From Thalassobaculaceae bacterium (GTDB taxonomy: Bacteria > Pseudomonadota > Alphaproteobacteria > Thalassobaculales > Thalassobaculaceae), in assembly GCA_965228875.1 (NCBI GenBank), contig OZ245843.1, positions 788,616 to 852,615 on the forward strand: a DNA stretch of 64,000 nucleotides, in the 5' to 3' direction. Position 1 is the first letter of the stretch, and each line of letters opens with the position of its first letter. A program made the position numbers and the translations under genes. The notes beneath the pieces were generated by a model. That model was not told the origin of the DNA and ran no database searches. It saw nothing but the letters and a program-made list of their open reading frames with translations. Of this stretch, positions 9,184 through 18,849 are shown in pieces.

Positions 9184-10173
9184 GTGCATGGGTCGAGGAC
9201 TCCCGTGACGATTGATCGACAGGCTGACTTGATTGGGGACGGTTGGACGGCCGAGGAGTGGCTGATCGCACTGGCGGACAGCCCGGACGACGCCGATCTC
9301 CGCGCCGGCTTGGCGCGGTGGTTGGACTCCGATCCGCAGAACCTGTCGGACTGGAAGACGGCGGTTCGCACCTATCGGTCGCTCGGAGCGTTGAAGGTGT
9401 CGGCTGCGCCGGCTACCCCGGTCCCGATCCGCCGCCGGTTTTCGCGCCGGCTTTCTCGCCGCGCCGCCGCCTGTGCGGCCGTGGCCGCCGCGGCTTGCCT
9501 GATCCTGATGCTGGGCCCGTCGCTCCTGCGGGGGCTGCAATCCGATTTCTCCTCCGGAACGGGGGAGATCCGCCGGATCGAACTCGGCGACGGCAGCATC
9601 GTTCGCCTGGCTCCCGAATCCGCCGTTGCGGTCGAATTTCGTCCCGACAGCCGACGCGTCGACCTCGTCGATGGCATCGCTCTGTTCGACGTCGCCCCGG
9701 ATCCGGACCGGCCGTTCTCCGTAACCGCCGCGAGCGCACGGGCGACGGCGATCGGCACGAGCTTCGAGGTCCGCCGCACCATCGGCGGCGACGGCGTCGC
9801 TGTGCGCGAGGGGGTTGTCGCCGTCGATGTCGTGACGGACGGGGTCGGTCCTGCGCGGCTCGAGGCGGGCCAGGGGCTCATCCTCGCCCCGGCCCGGCCG
9901 CCGCGGCCCCGCACGGTGCTTCCGGAACAGGTGGGCCTTTGGGCGGAGGGCCTGGTGACGGCGCGCGATCGTCCGGTCGGCGATCTGGTCGACGAGATCC
10001 GCCGGTACTTCGCCGGTCTGATCGTGGTTCACGGCGACGCGTTCGCCAGCCAGCCGGTGACCGGTATCTACGACGTCGGCGATCCCGAAGCCGCCCTGAA
10101 GCTGATCGCCGCGTCGCAGGGGGCGGATTTCTACCGCCTCTCTCCGTGGGTCGTCGTGCTGATCGGCGACTGA
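9184..10173 (+). CDS. FecR-family anti-sigma/signal transducer
   Basis: N-terminal 'AEEWLI..LARWLDSDPQN', one TM helix, and 'GEIRRIELGDGS..FDVAPDPDRPFSV..AIGTSFEV'. Exact start uncertain. Confidence 0.88.
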   Translation: MHGSRTPVTIDRQADLIGDGWTAEEWLIALADSPDDADLRAGLARWLDSDPQNLSDWKTAVRTYRSLGALKVSAAPATPVPIRRRFSRRLSRRAAACAAVAAAACLILMLGPSLLRGLQSDFSSGTGEIRRIELGDGSIVRLAPESAVAVEFRPDSRRVDLVDGIALFDVAPDPDRPFSVTAASARATAIGTSFEVRRTIGGDGVAVREGVVAVDVVTDGVGPARLEAGQGLILAPARPPRPRTVLPEQVGLWAEGLVTARDRPVGDLVDEIRRYFAGLIVVHGDAFASQPVTGIYDVGDPEAALKLIAASQGADFYRLSPWVVVLIGD

Positions 10174-10185
10174 GCCAAAAAAATT

Positions 10186-10240
10186 TGAACGTCCCGCCGT
10201 CCCGTTCGTCTTGGATAGAACGCTGCGACTAAGTCGCAAT
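10186..10240 (+). promoter_or_regulatory. Putative ECF promoter plus Fur-type box upstream of the TonB receptor
   Basis: TGAAC-N16-CGTC (10186-10210), followed by the palindrome GCTGCGACTAAGTCGCAAT (10222-10240). Confidence 0.55.
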
Positions 10241-10285
10241 CGCATTTTCTGTGCCGCCGAACGGGCGGGGTGTATGGGGGACGTC

Positions 10286-12568
10286 ATGCGGAAGTCAGTT
10301 CCGGTCGCCGGAGAGCGCTGGATTAGTGGTGGTGTGCTGGTTCTGGCGGCCTGTGCCGTTGTGTCGGGAACGCCGGCCCACGCGGACGCGGTCCGGAAAC
10401 CGGTCGACGTCGCCCAGGCGTCGGACGAACGCCGGTTCGATATCCCGGCCCAGAGCCTCGGTGACGCTCTGGCGCTGTTCGGTCAGCAGGCGGGCCTTCA
10501 GGTTTCCGCCCATGGCGACCTGGTCAGTGGTCGAACCTCCAGCGCGGTCTCCGGCGCCATGACGCCGCGCGCCGCGCTTGCGGCTCTGCTCGGCGGGTCC
10601 GGCCTGTCGTTCGAGCTGACGGACGGCGGTGCGGTCATCACGGATCCCGCCGCCGGCAATGCCGCCGCCCTGACGCTCGATCCGATCCTGGTCGCCGGGT
10701 CCGGAAGCGGCTACCGCAACGGTGGCGACAACGCGGCCTCGATCACGATCGGCTCGCAGGAATTGCAGCGTCTCGACCCCCAGGATCTGCAGGACGTCTA
10801 CCGGGGAGTCCCGGGCGTCCAGGTTGGCAGTTCCCTGCCGATCTCGCAGAAGGTCTACGTGAACGGGATCGAGGAGACCAACCTCGCCGTGTCGATTGAC
10901 GGTTCGCGCCAGAAGAACAAGCTGTTCCACCACAGCGGCACGACGCCGATCGACCCGGATCTGCTGAAGGCGGTCGAGGTGAATCCGGGTGTCGCGCCGG
11001 CGGATGCTGGGCCAGGTGCGTTGGGCGGCTCCATCGCCTACGAGACCAAGGATGTCGCCGACTTGCTGGAGCCGGGCGACAATTTCGGCGGCACGGCCGG
11101 TACGGAGTACAACTTCAACGGCGGCACGCTCGTGAACGACATCTCGCTGTTCGGTCGGCACTCCGGCTTCGAAGCGCTGGGGTACTTCAAGTTCGCACGA
11201 GGCGATGAGTTCGAGGACGGCGATGGCGAAGAGGTCGTCGGGTCTGAGACCAACCTGATCAGCGGGCTTGCCAAGGTGGGGTACCAGCACGACAGCGGCT
11301 ACCGCCTGGAGCTGTCCTACGAAATGGTCGATGACGATGGCGAGCGGCCGTACCGGGCCAACTTCGGCACCACGTCGGCCACACGGACCTACCGGATCCT
11401 GCGGGAGAACGCGGTCGTCTCGGTCGAGAACGCGCGGCCGGAGGGGCTCTTCAACCCCTATGCCCGCATCGCCCTGAGCACCACGCATCTCGACACGCCG
11501 GAGACCGGCAACAACAACTTCGGCACCTATGAGAGCCTGAACGGGATGCTGGCCAACAGGTCGGAGATCGCGATGGGGTCGATCGACGTCGGCGCCGACT
11601 TCTATTCCGACAGCAGCCGGGGCGACTTCCCGGACTACGGATCGACCTGGATCGGGCTTGAGGAGAAGGCCCGGAACTTCGGCCTGTTCGGACAGGCGCG
11701 GCTGGAGCCGACCGACCGGATCCGCCTGTCTTTCGGTGCGCGCGGCGATCACCATCAGTTCGAAGGCCTGGACGGCTCCGAGTCCGACAACTCGGGCCTG
11801 TCAGGGAACATCTCCGGCGAGTTCGACGTCCTGCCGTTTCTCACGGCCAGTGCCGGCGCGTCGCACGTGTTCGGCGGCGTCGAGCTGGGTGAGCCGTACA
11901 TCGTCAACCCGAACTGGGTGTATCCCGACGGCGGCATGGAGGCGTCCACCGCCAACAACGTCTTCGCCGGCCTCGAGTTCCGGGGCGAGGGCGTGAACCC
12001 GAGCCTGGCCGGCGTGACCGTCTACGGCAAGGTCTTCAACACAACGATCGACGACATCCGCGACGAGGAGTACAGGGTCGGTCCGGACGTCTACAGCGAC
12101 GTCGAGACGTCCGGGTTCGAGATCGGCGCCGGCTACTCCTGGCAGAACGGCTTCGTGCGGGCCAGCTACGCCGATATCGACACGGAGATCAACGGCGGCA
12201 CCAGCACCAGCTACGCCTATATCGGCACCCCGATCGGCCGGGTCGTCACGGCCGAGGCCGCCTACACGTTCGCCTCGGCCGGCGTGACCGTCGGCGCCGA
12301 TACGCAGTTCTTCTTCGAGGAGGACAGCAACGACATCTATGCCGCCGACGGCGTCGGCACGCCGTTCCCGGCCTATGAGGTTGCCAACGCCTACGTCTCC
12401 TACACGCCGCCCGAGCTCGACTTCATCACGGTCCGGGCGACGGTGAAGAACATCTTCGACGAGACCTATGCGGACCGCGCGACCTATGGGCAGGAATTCG
12501 TGCCCAACATCACCTTGCTCAACGAGCCCGGGCGGTCGTTCCTCCTGAGCGCCAAGGTCCGGTTCTGA
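10286..12568 (+). CDS. TonB-dependent receptor with N-terminal signalling (STN) domain
   Basis: 'FDIPAQSLGDALALFGQQAG' STN domain, plug 'GPGALGGSI', C-terminal 'KNIFDETY..EPGRSFLLSAKVRF'. Confidence 0.92.
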   Translation: MRKSVPVAGERWISGGVLVLAACAVVSGTPAHADAVRKPVDVAQASDERRFDIPAQSLGDALALFGQQAGLQVSAHGDLVSGRTSSAVSGAMTPRAALAALLGGSGLSFELTDGGAVITDPAAGNAAALTLDPILVAGSGSGYRNGGDNAASITIGSQELQRLDPQDLQDVYRGVPGVQVGSSLPISQKVYVNGIEETNLAVSIDGSRQKNKLFHHSGTTPIDPDLLKAVEVNPGVAPADAGPGALGGSIAYETKDVADLLEPGDNFGGTAGTEYNFNGGTLVNDISLFGRHSGFEALGYFKFARGDEFEDGDGEEVVGSETNLISGLAKVGYQHDSGYRLELSYEMVDDDGERPYRANFGTTSATRTYRILRENAVVSVENARPEGLFNPYARIALSTTHLDTPETGNNNFGTYESLNGMLANRSEIAMGSIDVGADFYSDSSRGDFPDYGSTWIGLEEKARNFGLFGQARLEPTDRIRLSFGARGDHHQFEGLDGSESDNSGLSGNISGEFDVLPFLTASAGASHVFGGVELGEPYIVNPNWVYPDGGMEASTANNVFAGLEFRGEGVNPSLAGVTVYGKVFNTTIDDIRDEEYRVGPDVYSDVETSGFEIGAGYSWQNGFVRASYADIDTEINGGTSTSYAYIGTPIGRVVTAEAAYTFASAGVTVGADTQFFFEEDSNDIYAADGVGTPFPAYEVANAYVSYTPPELDFITVRATVKNIFDETYADRATYGQEFVPNITLLNEPGRSFLLSAKVRF

Positions 12569-12582
12569 CCGGGAGCGTTCCG

Positions 12583-13710
12583 ATGCGGCATTCCTGGCTG
12601 AGATCGATCGCGGCGTCGCTGTGTCTGTTGGCAACGCCGTTGCAGGCGGAACCGATCGTGGTCACCGACATCGTCGGCCGCGAGGTAAGAGTCGACCGGC
12701 CGGTCGAGCGGTTCGTCGTCAGCGAGGGGCGGTACATTCCGCTCCTCGCGCTTCTGCGCCCGGACAACCCGGTCGAGGGACTGGTCGGCATGATGACCAC
12801 CCTCGGCTGGACCCAACCGGGTCTGGAGAAGCAGCTGTACGCGCGGTTTCCCGAAGCGCGGGATATTCCGCTCTTCGGCCATCGCAGCGCGGACAGTGTC
12901 TCGGTCGAGCGCATCATCGACCTGGACCCGCAGGTGGCGGTCTTCGGGCTCGGCGATCACGGGCCGGGCGCCGAGAGTGCTGAACTCATCGCACAGCTGG
13001 AGGCGGCCGGCATCGCGGTGGTGTTCATCGATTTCCGCCTGGACCCGCTGAACAACACGATCCCTTCGGTCGAGCTGATCGGACGGATTCTCGGCGAGGA
13101 GGCGCGCGCCACCGAGTACGTGGATTTCTATCGCGCCCGCCGCGATGCCGTGGCGGCTCGGGTGGCGGAGGTGACGCACCGACCGACCGTGTTCATGCAG
13201 GTCCACCCCGGGCGGCGCGACTGCTGCTGGGGCATGGCGGATGGTATGCTGGGTCCGTTCGTCGAGCAGGCTGGCGGCATCAACATCGCCGACCGTGCGG
13301 CTCCCGGTCCGACGACGCAGCACACGGCCGAGTTCCTGATCGTGGAAGACCCCGATGTCTGGATCGGGACGGCCTCCGGCACGGTGGAGGAATACGAGCG
13401 GGGCGATCTTCCCGTCGCGGTCGGGCCCGGCATGACCGCCGACACGGCGGCGGACAGCCTGAACCGCTACCTGTCGGCCCCGGAGTTCGCCCATCTGAGC
13501 GCCGTGCGCAACGGACGGGCGCACGTGTTCTGGCACAATTTCTACAACTCTCCGTTCAACGTCGTGGTCCTCGAAGCGCTGGCCGGGTGGATCCATCCGG
13601 ACCGGTTCCGGGATACCGACCCTCAGGCGACGCTCGAGCACATAGTCGCGACATTCCTGCCCTTCGTGGCGGACGGAACCTACTTCGCGTCGGTCACGCG
13701 GGATCGGTAG
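12583..13710 (+). CDS. Iron-siderophore/cobalamin-type ABC substrate-binding protein
   Basis: Signal peptide, 'VTDIVGREV', 'SVERIIDLDPQV', 'LSAVRNGRAH'. Confidence 0.85.
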   Translation: MRHSWLRSIAASLCLLATPLQAEPIVVTDIVGREVRVDRPVERFVVSEGRYIPLLALLRPDNPVEGLVGMMTTLGWTQPGLEKQLYARFPEARDIPLFGHRSADSVSVERIIDLDPQVAVFGLGDHGPGAESAELIAQLEAAGIAVVFIDFRLDPLNNTIPSVELIGRILGEEARATEYVDFYRARRDAVAARVAEVTHRPTVFMQVHPGRRDCCWGMADGMLGPFVEQAGGINIADRAAPGPTTQHTAEFLIVEDPDVWIGTASGTVEEYERGDLPVAVGPGMTADTAADSLNRYLSAPEFAHLSAVRNGRAHVFWHNFYNSPFNVVVLEALAGWIHPDRFRDTDPQATLEHIVATFLPFVADGTYFASVTRDR

Positions 13711-13714
13711 TCGG

Positions 13715-14749
13715 ATGGCCAGCCTGGAGAGCTATGCCGGCCTCACTCGGCATCGCTACATGATCCTGCTGCTGCTCTCGCCGGGCCTGGTACTGAGTCT
13801 GCTGCTGGACCTGTCGGCCGGCCCCGCGGGCCTCGGCGTGGTTGACATCCTGCGCGGGTTGCTCGACCCGGAGAGCCTCGACCCGCGCCATCGGGTGATC
13901 CTCTGGCAGGTCAGGATGCCGGACGCCCTGATCGCGGTCGTGGTCGGCGCGGCTCTCGGCCTAGCCGGGGTGGAGACCCAGACGATCCTGGACAATCCGC
14001 TGGCCAGCCCGTTCACCCTCGGGGTATCCGCGGCCGCCGTGCTCGGCGCCAGCGTGGCGATCGTGCTGATGCCGGCGATGCCGATGATCCCCCAGACCGC
14101 GACCCTGCCGATCCTCGCACTGGTCTTCGCGCTCGGGGCGGGTGGCGTCACGCTCGCTGTGGTCCGGTTCGGCGGCGGCGCCCGCGAGACCGTCGTGCTG
14201 TTCGGGATCGCGATGGTGTTTCTGTGCAACGCCCTGACCTCGGCGCTGCATTATGTCGCCGACGCCGACGCGATCCAGCAGATCGTGTTCTGGACGATCG
14301 GCAACCTCACCAAGGCCGGCTGGTGGGAGGTCGCCATCGTCGCCGGCTGCGTTGCCATCGTCCTGCCGTTCAGCCTCCGCCACGTGTGGTGGATGACCAT
14401 GCTGCGCGGCGGCGAATCCTATGCCCGCAGCGCCGGACTGAACGTCGCCCGTCTGCGGGTCCGCGTGATCCTGCGGAGTTCGGTCCTGGCGGCGTTCGCC
14501 GTCTGCTTCGTCGGGTCGATCGGCTTCGTCGGCCTCGTCGGCCCGCACATCGCTCGCCTGCTTCTGGGCGAGGACCATCGCGCCCTGGTGCCGGGGGCTG
14601 CGCTCTGCGGCGCGCTCATGCTCTCGGTGGCGTCTTTCCTGTCGAAATCGGTTCTGCCCGGCGCCATCGTGCCCGTCGGTATCCTCACCGCCGTGATCGG
14701 CGTGCCGGTTTTTCTCGGGCTGCTGGCCCTTCAGCGGAGGACGCGGTGA
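13715..14749 (+). CDS. FecCD-family ABC permease
   Basis: 'NPLASPFTLGVSAAA' and 'GSIGFVGLVGPHIAR' motifs. Confidence 0.92.
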   Translation: MASLESYAGLTRHRYMILLLLSPGLVLSLLLDLSAGPAGLGVVDILRGLLDPESLDPRHRVILWQVRMPDALIAVVVGAALGLAGVETQTILDNPLASPFTLGVSAAAVLGASVAIVLMPAMPMIPQTATLPILALVFALGAGGVTLAVVRFGGGARETVVLFGIAMVFLCNALTSALHYVADADAIQQIVFWTIGNLTKAGWWEVAIVAGCVAIVLPFSLRHVWWMTMLRGGESYARSAGLNVARLRVRVILRSSVLAAFAVCFVGSIGFVGLVGPHIARLLLGEDHRALVPGAALCGALMLSVASFLSKSVLPGAIVPVGILTAVIGVPVFLGLLALQRRTR

Positions 14750-15537
14750 CCATGCTCTTGCTGGAGCGGGTGTCGGTCGGGTACGGCCGCCGCACGGTCG
14801 TTCACGAGGTGTCGATCCCGGCGGTCGAGAACGGTCAGCTTCTCGGTCTTCTGGGACCCAACGCGAGCGGCAAGTCGACCCTGATCCGTGCCTTGTCGCG
14901 GGAGAAGGCGGCGACCGGCCGGATCGCCTTCGACGGCCGTCCGGTCGAGCGGTTCAGCCACGCGGACTGGTATCGCGCGGTCGCCACGATGCCCCAGGCA
15001 CCACCCTCGGCAAGCGCCCTGCGCCCCGTCGAACTGATCTGGAGTACAGCGAGAACGCTGGATCTCGGATTGTCGGACCGGGAACTGGGCGACCGGATTG
15101 ACGGTCTGTTCCGTACTCTTGGTCTCGATGCCGTCGCGATGGCGCCGCTCTCGACCCTGTCGGGCGGCAAACGCCAGCTCGTCGGTTTCGCGCTGGCGAT
15201 GGTGCGCGACCCGGACCTGCTGCTCCTGGACGAGCCGACATCGGCGCTCGACCTCTACTGGCGCCTGACCCTGATGGACATCGTTCGCGATCGCCTGACG
15301 ACGCGTGGCGGGGTGGGGGTGATCGCCGTGCACGACCTCGACATCGCGGCCCGCTATTGCGACAGGCTGGCGCTGATCCAGGACGGACGCTTGGTCGCCA
15401 CGGGTTCGGCCGCCGAGGTCCTGACGCAAGCGAACCTGGCTACGGTCTACGGGGTGGAAAGCGAGGTTCGCGCGGGACCGGACGGCAGACCCGAGGTGCG
15501 GGTCCACCGCGCCATGCGGCCCGACCGGGCGGACTGA
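14746..15537 (+). CDS. Iron ABC transporter ATP-binding protein
   Basis: GPNASGKS, LSGGKRQ, LLLDEPTSALD, VHDLD. GTG at 14746 overlaps the permease stop (alternative ATG at 14752). Confidence 0.9.
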   Translation: MTMLLLERVSVGYGRRTVVHEVSIPAVENGQLLGLLGPNASGKSTLIRALSREKAATGRIAFDGRPVERFSHADWYRAVATMPQAPPSASALRPVELIWSTARTLDLGLSDRELGDRIDGLFRTLGLDAVAMAPLSTLSGGKRQLVGFALAMVRDPDLLLLDEPTSALDLYWRLTLMDIVRDRLTTRGGVGVIAVHDLDIAARYCDRLALIQDGRLVATGSAAEVLTQANLATVYGVESEVRAGPDGRPEVRVHRAMRPDRAD

Positions 15538-15569
15538 CCGCCGCCGGTCGAACCCGGACCGCCGTCCCT

Positions 15570-15848
15570 CTACTCCCAGGTTACCGACAGTTCCTCGCGC
15601 CACGCGAAGCGGACCAGGTGGTCCTCGACGATATGCTGCGCCACCGACAGGCCTTCCGCGTCCTTCGCCTCGCACACCATGGTCAGGGTGTTGCCGTCGA
15701 CCGTCATCCGGCAGTCGCCGGGGGGGAGCTGGACGTGCCCGGTGGTGTCCGTCCATTCCGCCGGCACCTTGTGCGCGAAGTGCTTGCACAGTTGAACGAG
15801 ATAGCGCGAGGCCTTTTCGGTCTCGACGGAGGCGGTTGCGGTTAGCAT
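15570..15848 (-). CDS. DUF2218-family protein
   Basis: 'ASRYLVQLCKHFAHK' and 'HLVRFAWRE' signature, 92 aa. Confidence 0.8.
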   Translation of the reverse strand: MLTATASVETEKASRYLVQLCKHFAHKVPAEWTDTTGHVQLPPGDCRMTVDGNTLTMVCEAKDAEGLSVAQHIVEDHLVRFAWREELSVTWE

Positions 15849-15849
15849 G

Positions 15850-16665
15850 TCAGGCTCTCTCCAGGCGTGGGACGGAAGTCTCTGTCGGGTGAAGCGCCCT
15901 GTCGGCCAGCACCATGGGCCGGCCGGCCGAGCAGTATTCGATACGGGCATCGACGCCATAGGCCCGGCGCAGCAGTGCCGGTGTCAGCGTCGTATCCGCC
16001 GGTCCCGCGGCCAGCGCCCGCCCACCGCTCAGCACGGCGACTTGATCGCAGAACCTCAGGGCCAGGTTCAAGTCGTGGATCGCTACCAGCGCGAGCGCGG
16101 AACGGTCCTGGACGGTTCTGCGGATCGCCGTCAGCGTCTCCACCTGCCAGCGCAGGTCGAGCGCGCTTGTTGGCTCGTCCAGAAGCAGGAGCGGCGTGTG
16201 ACGGGCGAGCACGAGGGCGAGCGAGAGCAGCTGGCGCTGGCCGCCTGACAGGGTCTCGACCCGGTGCAGGGCGACCGGCATCAGGCCGAGGTCGGAGAAC
16301 GCTGTCTCGATCCGTCGTTCCGCCTCCGCGCGGGACAGCGTTGTGGCGGTGGCCCTGAAGGTCGACAGCGCCACCTCGTAGACCAGCAGCCCGGTCGGGG
16401 GAGGGGCGATCTGCGGCTGATAACCGATCAGGCTCGATCGGCGCCGGGCAGGCAGGGCGGCGAGTTCGTCGTCGGCGAACCGCGCCGAGCCCGCGTACCG
16501 CACGAGGCCGGCCAGCGACCGGATGAGGGTCGACTTTCCCGCCGCGTTCTGGCCGAGCAGACCGACCACCGATCCGGTCGGCAGGTCCGGCAGGTCGACG
16601 CCGTCGAGGATCAGAGGCCCGCCATAGCCGACGCTGAGGCCGCGGATCGACAGGGTGGCGGTCAT
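15850..16665 (-). CDS. Iron ABC transporter ATP-binding protein
   Basis: GQNAAGKS, LSGGQRQ, LLLDEPTSALD, IHDLN. ATG 16665 overlaps the permease stop. Confidence 0.9.
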   Translation of the reverse strand: MTATLSIRGLSVGYGGPLILDGVDLPDLPTGSVVGLLGQNAAGKSTLIRSLAGLVRYAGSARFADDELAALPARRRSSLIGYQPQIAPPPTGLLVYEVALSTFRATATTLSRAEAERRIETAFSDLGLMPVALHRVETLSGGQRQLLSLALVLARHTPLLLLDEPTSALDLRWQVETLTAIRRTVQDRSALALVAIHDLNLALRFCDQVAVLSGGRALAAGPADTTLTPALLRRAYGVDARIEYCSAGRPMVLADRALHPTETSVPRLERA

Positions 16666-17714
16666 ACGCCCCTCCGCCGAGCGACGATCAGGGCGACGAA
16701 GACGGGCACGCCGACCAGGGCGGTGACGATTCCGACCGGCAGGATGACACCGGGGAGCAGTGCCTTCGACGCGATGGATGCCAGCGACAGCATCAGCGCA
16801 CCGGTGATCGCCGCACCGGGCAGCAGGAACCGGTGATCCTCGCCCAGCAGCATGCGGGCGATATGCGGGCCGACCAGTCCGACGAAACCGATGGTGCCGA
16901 CGAAGGCGACGGCGGCGGCGGTCAGGAGGCTGCTGCGGAGGATTGCGACCAGCCGCAGTCGATGTACGGCGAGCCCGGCGCTGGCGGCCTGATCCTCTCC
17001 GCCGCGCAGCAGGGTCATGGCCCAGGCGCTGCGCAGGGTGAACGGACAGACCAGCGCGAAGACGACGGCGACCAGAGCAACCTTCTCCCACGTCGCCCGG
17101 CCGAGGCTTCCCATCATCCAGAAAACCGTCTCCTGTACCGTCTCCGCGTCGGCGACGAACTGCAGAAGAGAGATCAGGGCCGTGCAGGCGAAGACCAGGG
17201 CGATGCCGAAAAGGATGATCGTTTCGGTCCGCGAACCGAACAGCTGCGACATGCCGAGGATGGCAAGGCCGGCGGCGACAGCCAGCGCGAAGGCGGCGAT
17301 CGGGAGGATCGCCGGACCGAAGACGCCGTCCAGGCGGAACACGATCGCGGCGACGGCGCCGAGGGCGGCCGCCCACGAGATCCCGAGCGTGTAGGGGCTG
17401 GCGAGCGGGTTGTTCAACGCCGTCTGGGTCTCGGCGCCGGCGACGCCGAGGCTGGCACCGACGGCGACGGCCATCAGGGCATAGGGCAGGCGCACGGTCC
17501 ACAGGATGACGGACTCGCCCGGGCCGAGCGACGCGGGGTCGACGAGGCCGCCGACCACGGCGGCGATGCTGAGCGCAGACGGGCCGGTCACGATGTCGGC
17601 CACCACCGACAGGCACAGCGCGACGGCGAGGCCGGTCAGAATGGCGGCGCGGCGCCGGGCGATGCGTCCGTAGCCCGCCGCCAGCGGCAGGTCTCTCACG
17701 TTCGCTGCGGTCAT
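16662..17714 (-). CDS. FecCD-family ABC permease
   Basis: 'NPLASPYTLG' and 'GTIGFVGLVGPHIAR' motifs. Confidence 0.92.
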   Translation of the reverse strand: MTAANVRDLPLAAGYGRIARRRAAILTGLAVALCLSVVADIVTGPSALSIAAVVGGLVDPASLGPGESVILWTVRLPYALMAVAVGASLGVAGAETQTALNNPLASPYTLGISWAAALGAVAAIVFRLDGVFGPAILPIAAFALAVAAGLAILGMSQLFGSRTETIILFGIALVFACTALISLLQFVADAETVQETVFWMMGSLGRATWEKVALVAVVFALVCPFTLRSAWAMTLLRGGEDQAASAGLAVHRLRLVAILRSSLLTAAAVAFVGTIGFVGLVGPHIARMLLGEDHRFLLPGAAITGALMLSLASIASKALLPGVILPVGIVTALVGVPVFVALIVARRRGV

Positions 17715-18847
17715 TCGCCGACGGAGGGCCGGGCGCTGGCGTAGGTCCCGGTCAGATCGACCGGATGGAACAGCGCGAGCATCCGGGCCAGGGTCGCCTC
17801 CGGATCCAGGTCCGCGAAAAGATCCGGGTGGAACCATTTCGCGAAGCGCTGCACCGCATAGACGTTCAGCGGCGAGTTGTAGAAGTGGTGCCAGATCGCG
17901 TAGACGCGGCCCGCCTTAACGGCCTCGAGATCGCGGATGCCCGGTCGGTCCATGGCGGTCGACAGCGACCGGGCCGCGACCTCCGTCGTCAAGCCGGCTC
18001 CGAGCGCGATCCGTCCCCGGAGGGCGGTCGCCGGCGTACCGATGGCGGTGCCGAGATAGATGTCGGGCTGCTCGGCCAGCACGGTCTCCAGGCTCACCAT
18101 GCCGACAGGGCCGGGAAGGTATTTGGCCGCCATGTTGCGTCCACCGGCGGCGTCGATGAGGTCGGCGAACATGCCACGGGCTATGCTGAAGCAGCACTCC
18201 TCGCGCAGGCCGACATGAGCCTCCAGCATCACCGTCGGCCGCTCGACCGTCTCCGAGGCGAGGCGGTCGGTCACCCGCTTCATCTCCGCTTCATGGAAGT
18301 CGGCGAAGGCATCGGCTTGGGTCTCAAGGCCGAGCAACTGGCCGAGGATACGGATGCTCGGAGCCGTGTTGGCCAGAGGGTCGGCGCGGAAGTCGATGAA
18401 CACGACCGGGATGCCGGCGGCTTCCAGCGCGGCGATGATCGTGGCCGACTGGGCGTTCGGCCCGTGGCTCTGGGCTCCGAAGATGGCCGCGTCCGGCCGG
18501 GTCGCGATCGCCTTCTCCAGGCTGGCGCTGTCGGCTGACGTCTGACCGAAGGTCGGGATGTCGTCGATGCGGGGGAAGGCCTCCCGGTACCGGTCGTAGC
18601 CCAGCGGGTCGAACCGCTCGAACTCCCCGAGCATCCCGGCGACCCGGCTCAACGGATCGCGCTGGTCGAGGACGCCGAGGGCGGCGACGAACCGACCCTC
18701 ACCCAGCAGGAGCCTCCTGGCCGGCGCCTCGAGCTGGATCCTCCGGCCGGTGATGTCGACCAGATCGACCGCCGCCGGCGACGGCGTCGCCGGCAGGATG
18801 AGGCAGAGGGCCAGCAGCAGCGGCCCGAGAACCTGTCGCGCGGCCAT
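17711..18847 (-). CDS. Iron-siderophore-type ABC substrate-binding protein
   Basis: Signal peptide, 'VDITGRRI', 'LEAVKAGRVYAIWHHFYNSP'. Paralogue of 12583-13710. Confidence 0.85.
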   Translation of the reverse strand: MAARQVLGPLLLALCLILPATPSPAAVDLVDITGRRIQLEAPARRLLLGEGRFVAALGVLDQRDPLSRVAGMLGEFERFDPLGYDRYREAFPRIDDIPTFGQTSADSASLEKAIATRPDAAIFGAQSHGPNAQSATIIAALEAAGIPVVFIDFRADPLANTAPSIRILGQLLGLETQADAFADFHEAEMKRVTDRLASETVERPTVMLEAHVGLREECCFSIARGMFADLIDAAGGRNMAAKYLPGPVGMVSLETVLAEQPDIYLGTAIGTPATALRGRIALGAGLTTEVAARSLSTAMDRPGIRDLEAVKAGRVYAIWHHFYNSPLNVYAVQRFAKWFHPDLFADLDPEATLARMLALFHPVDLTGTYASARPSVGE

Positions 18848-18849
18848 GG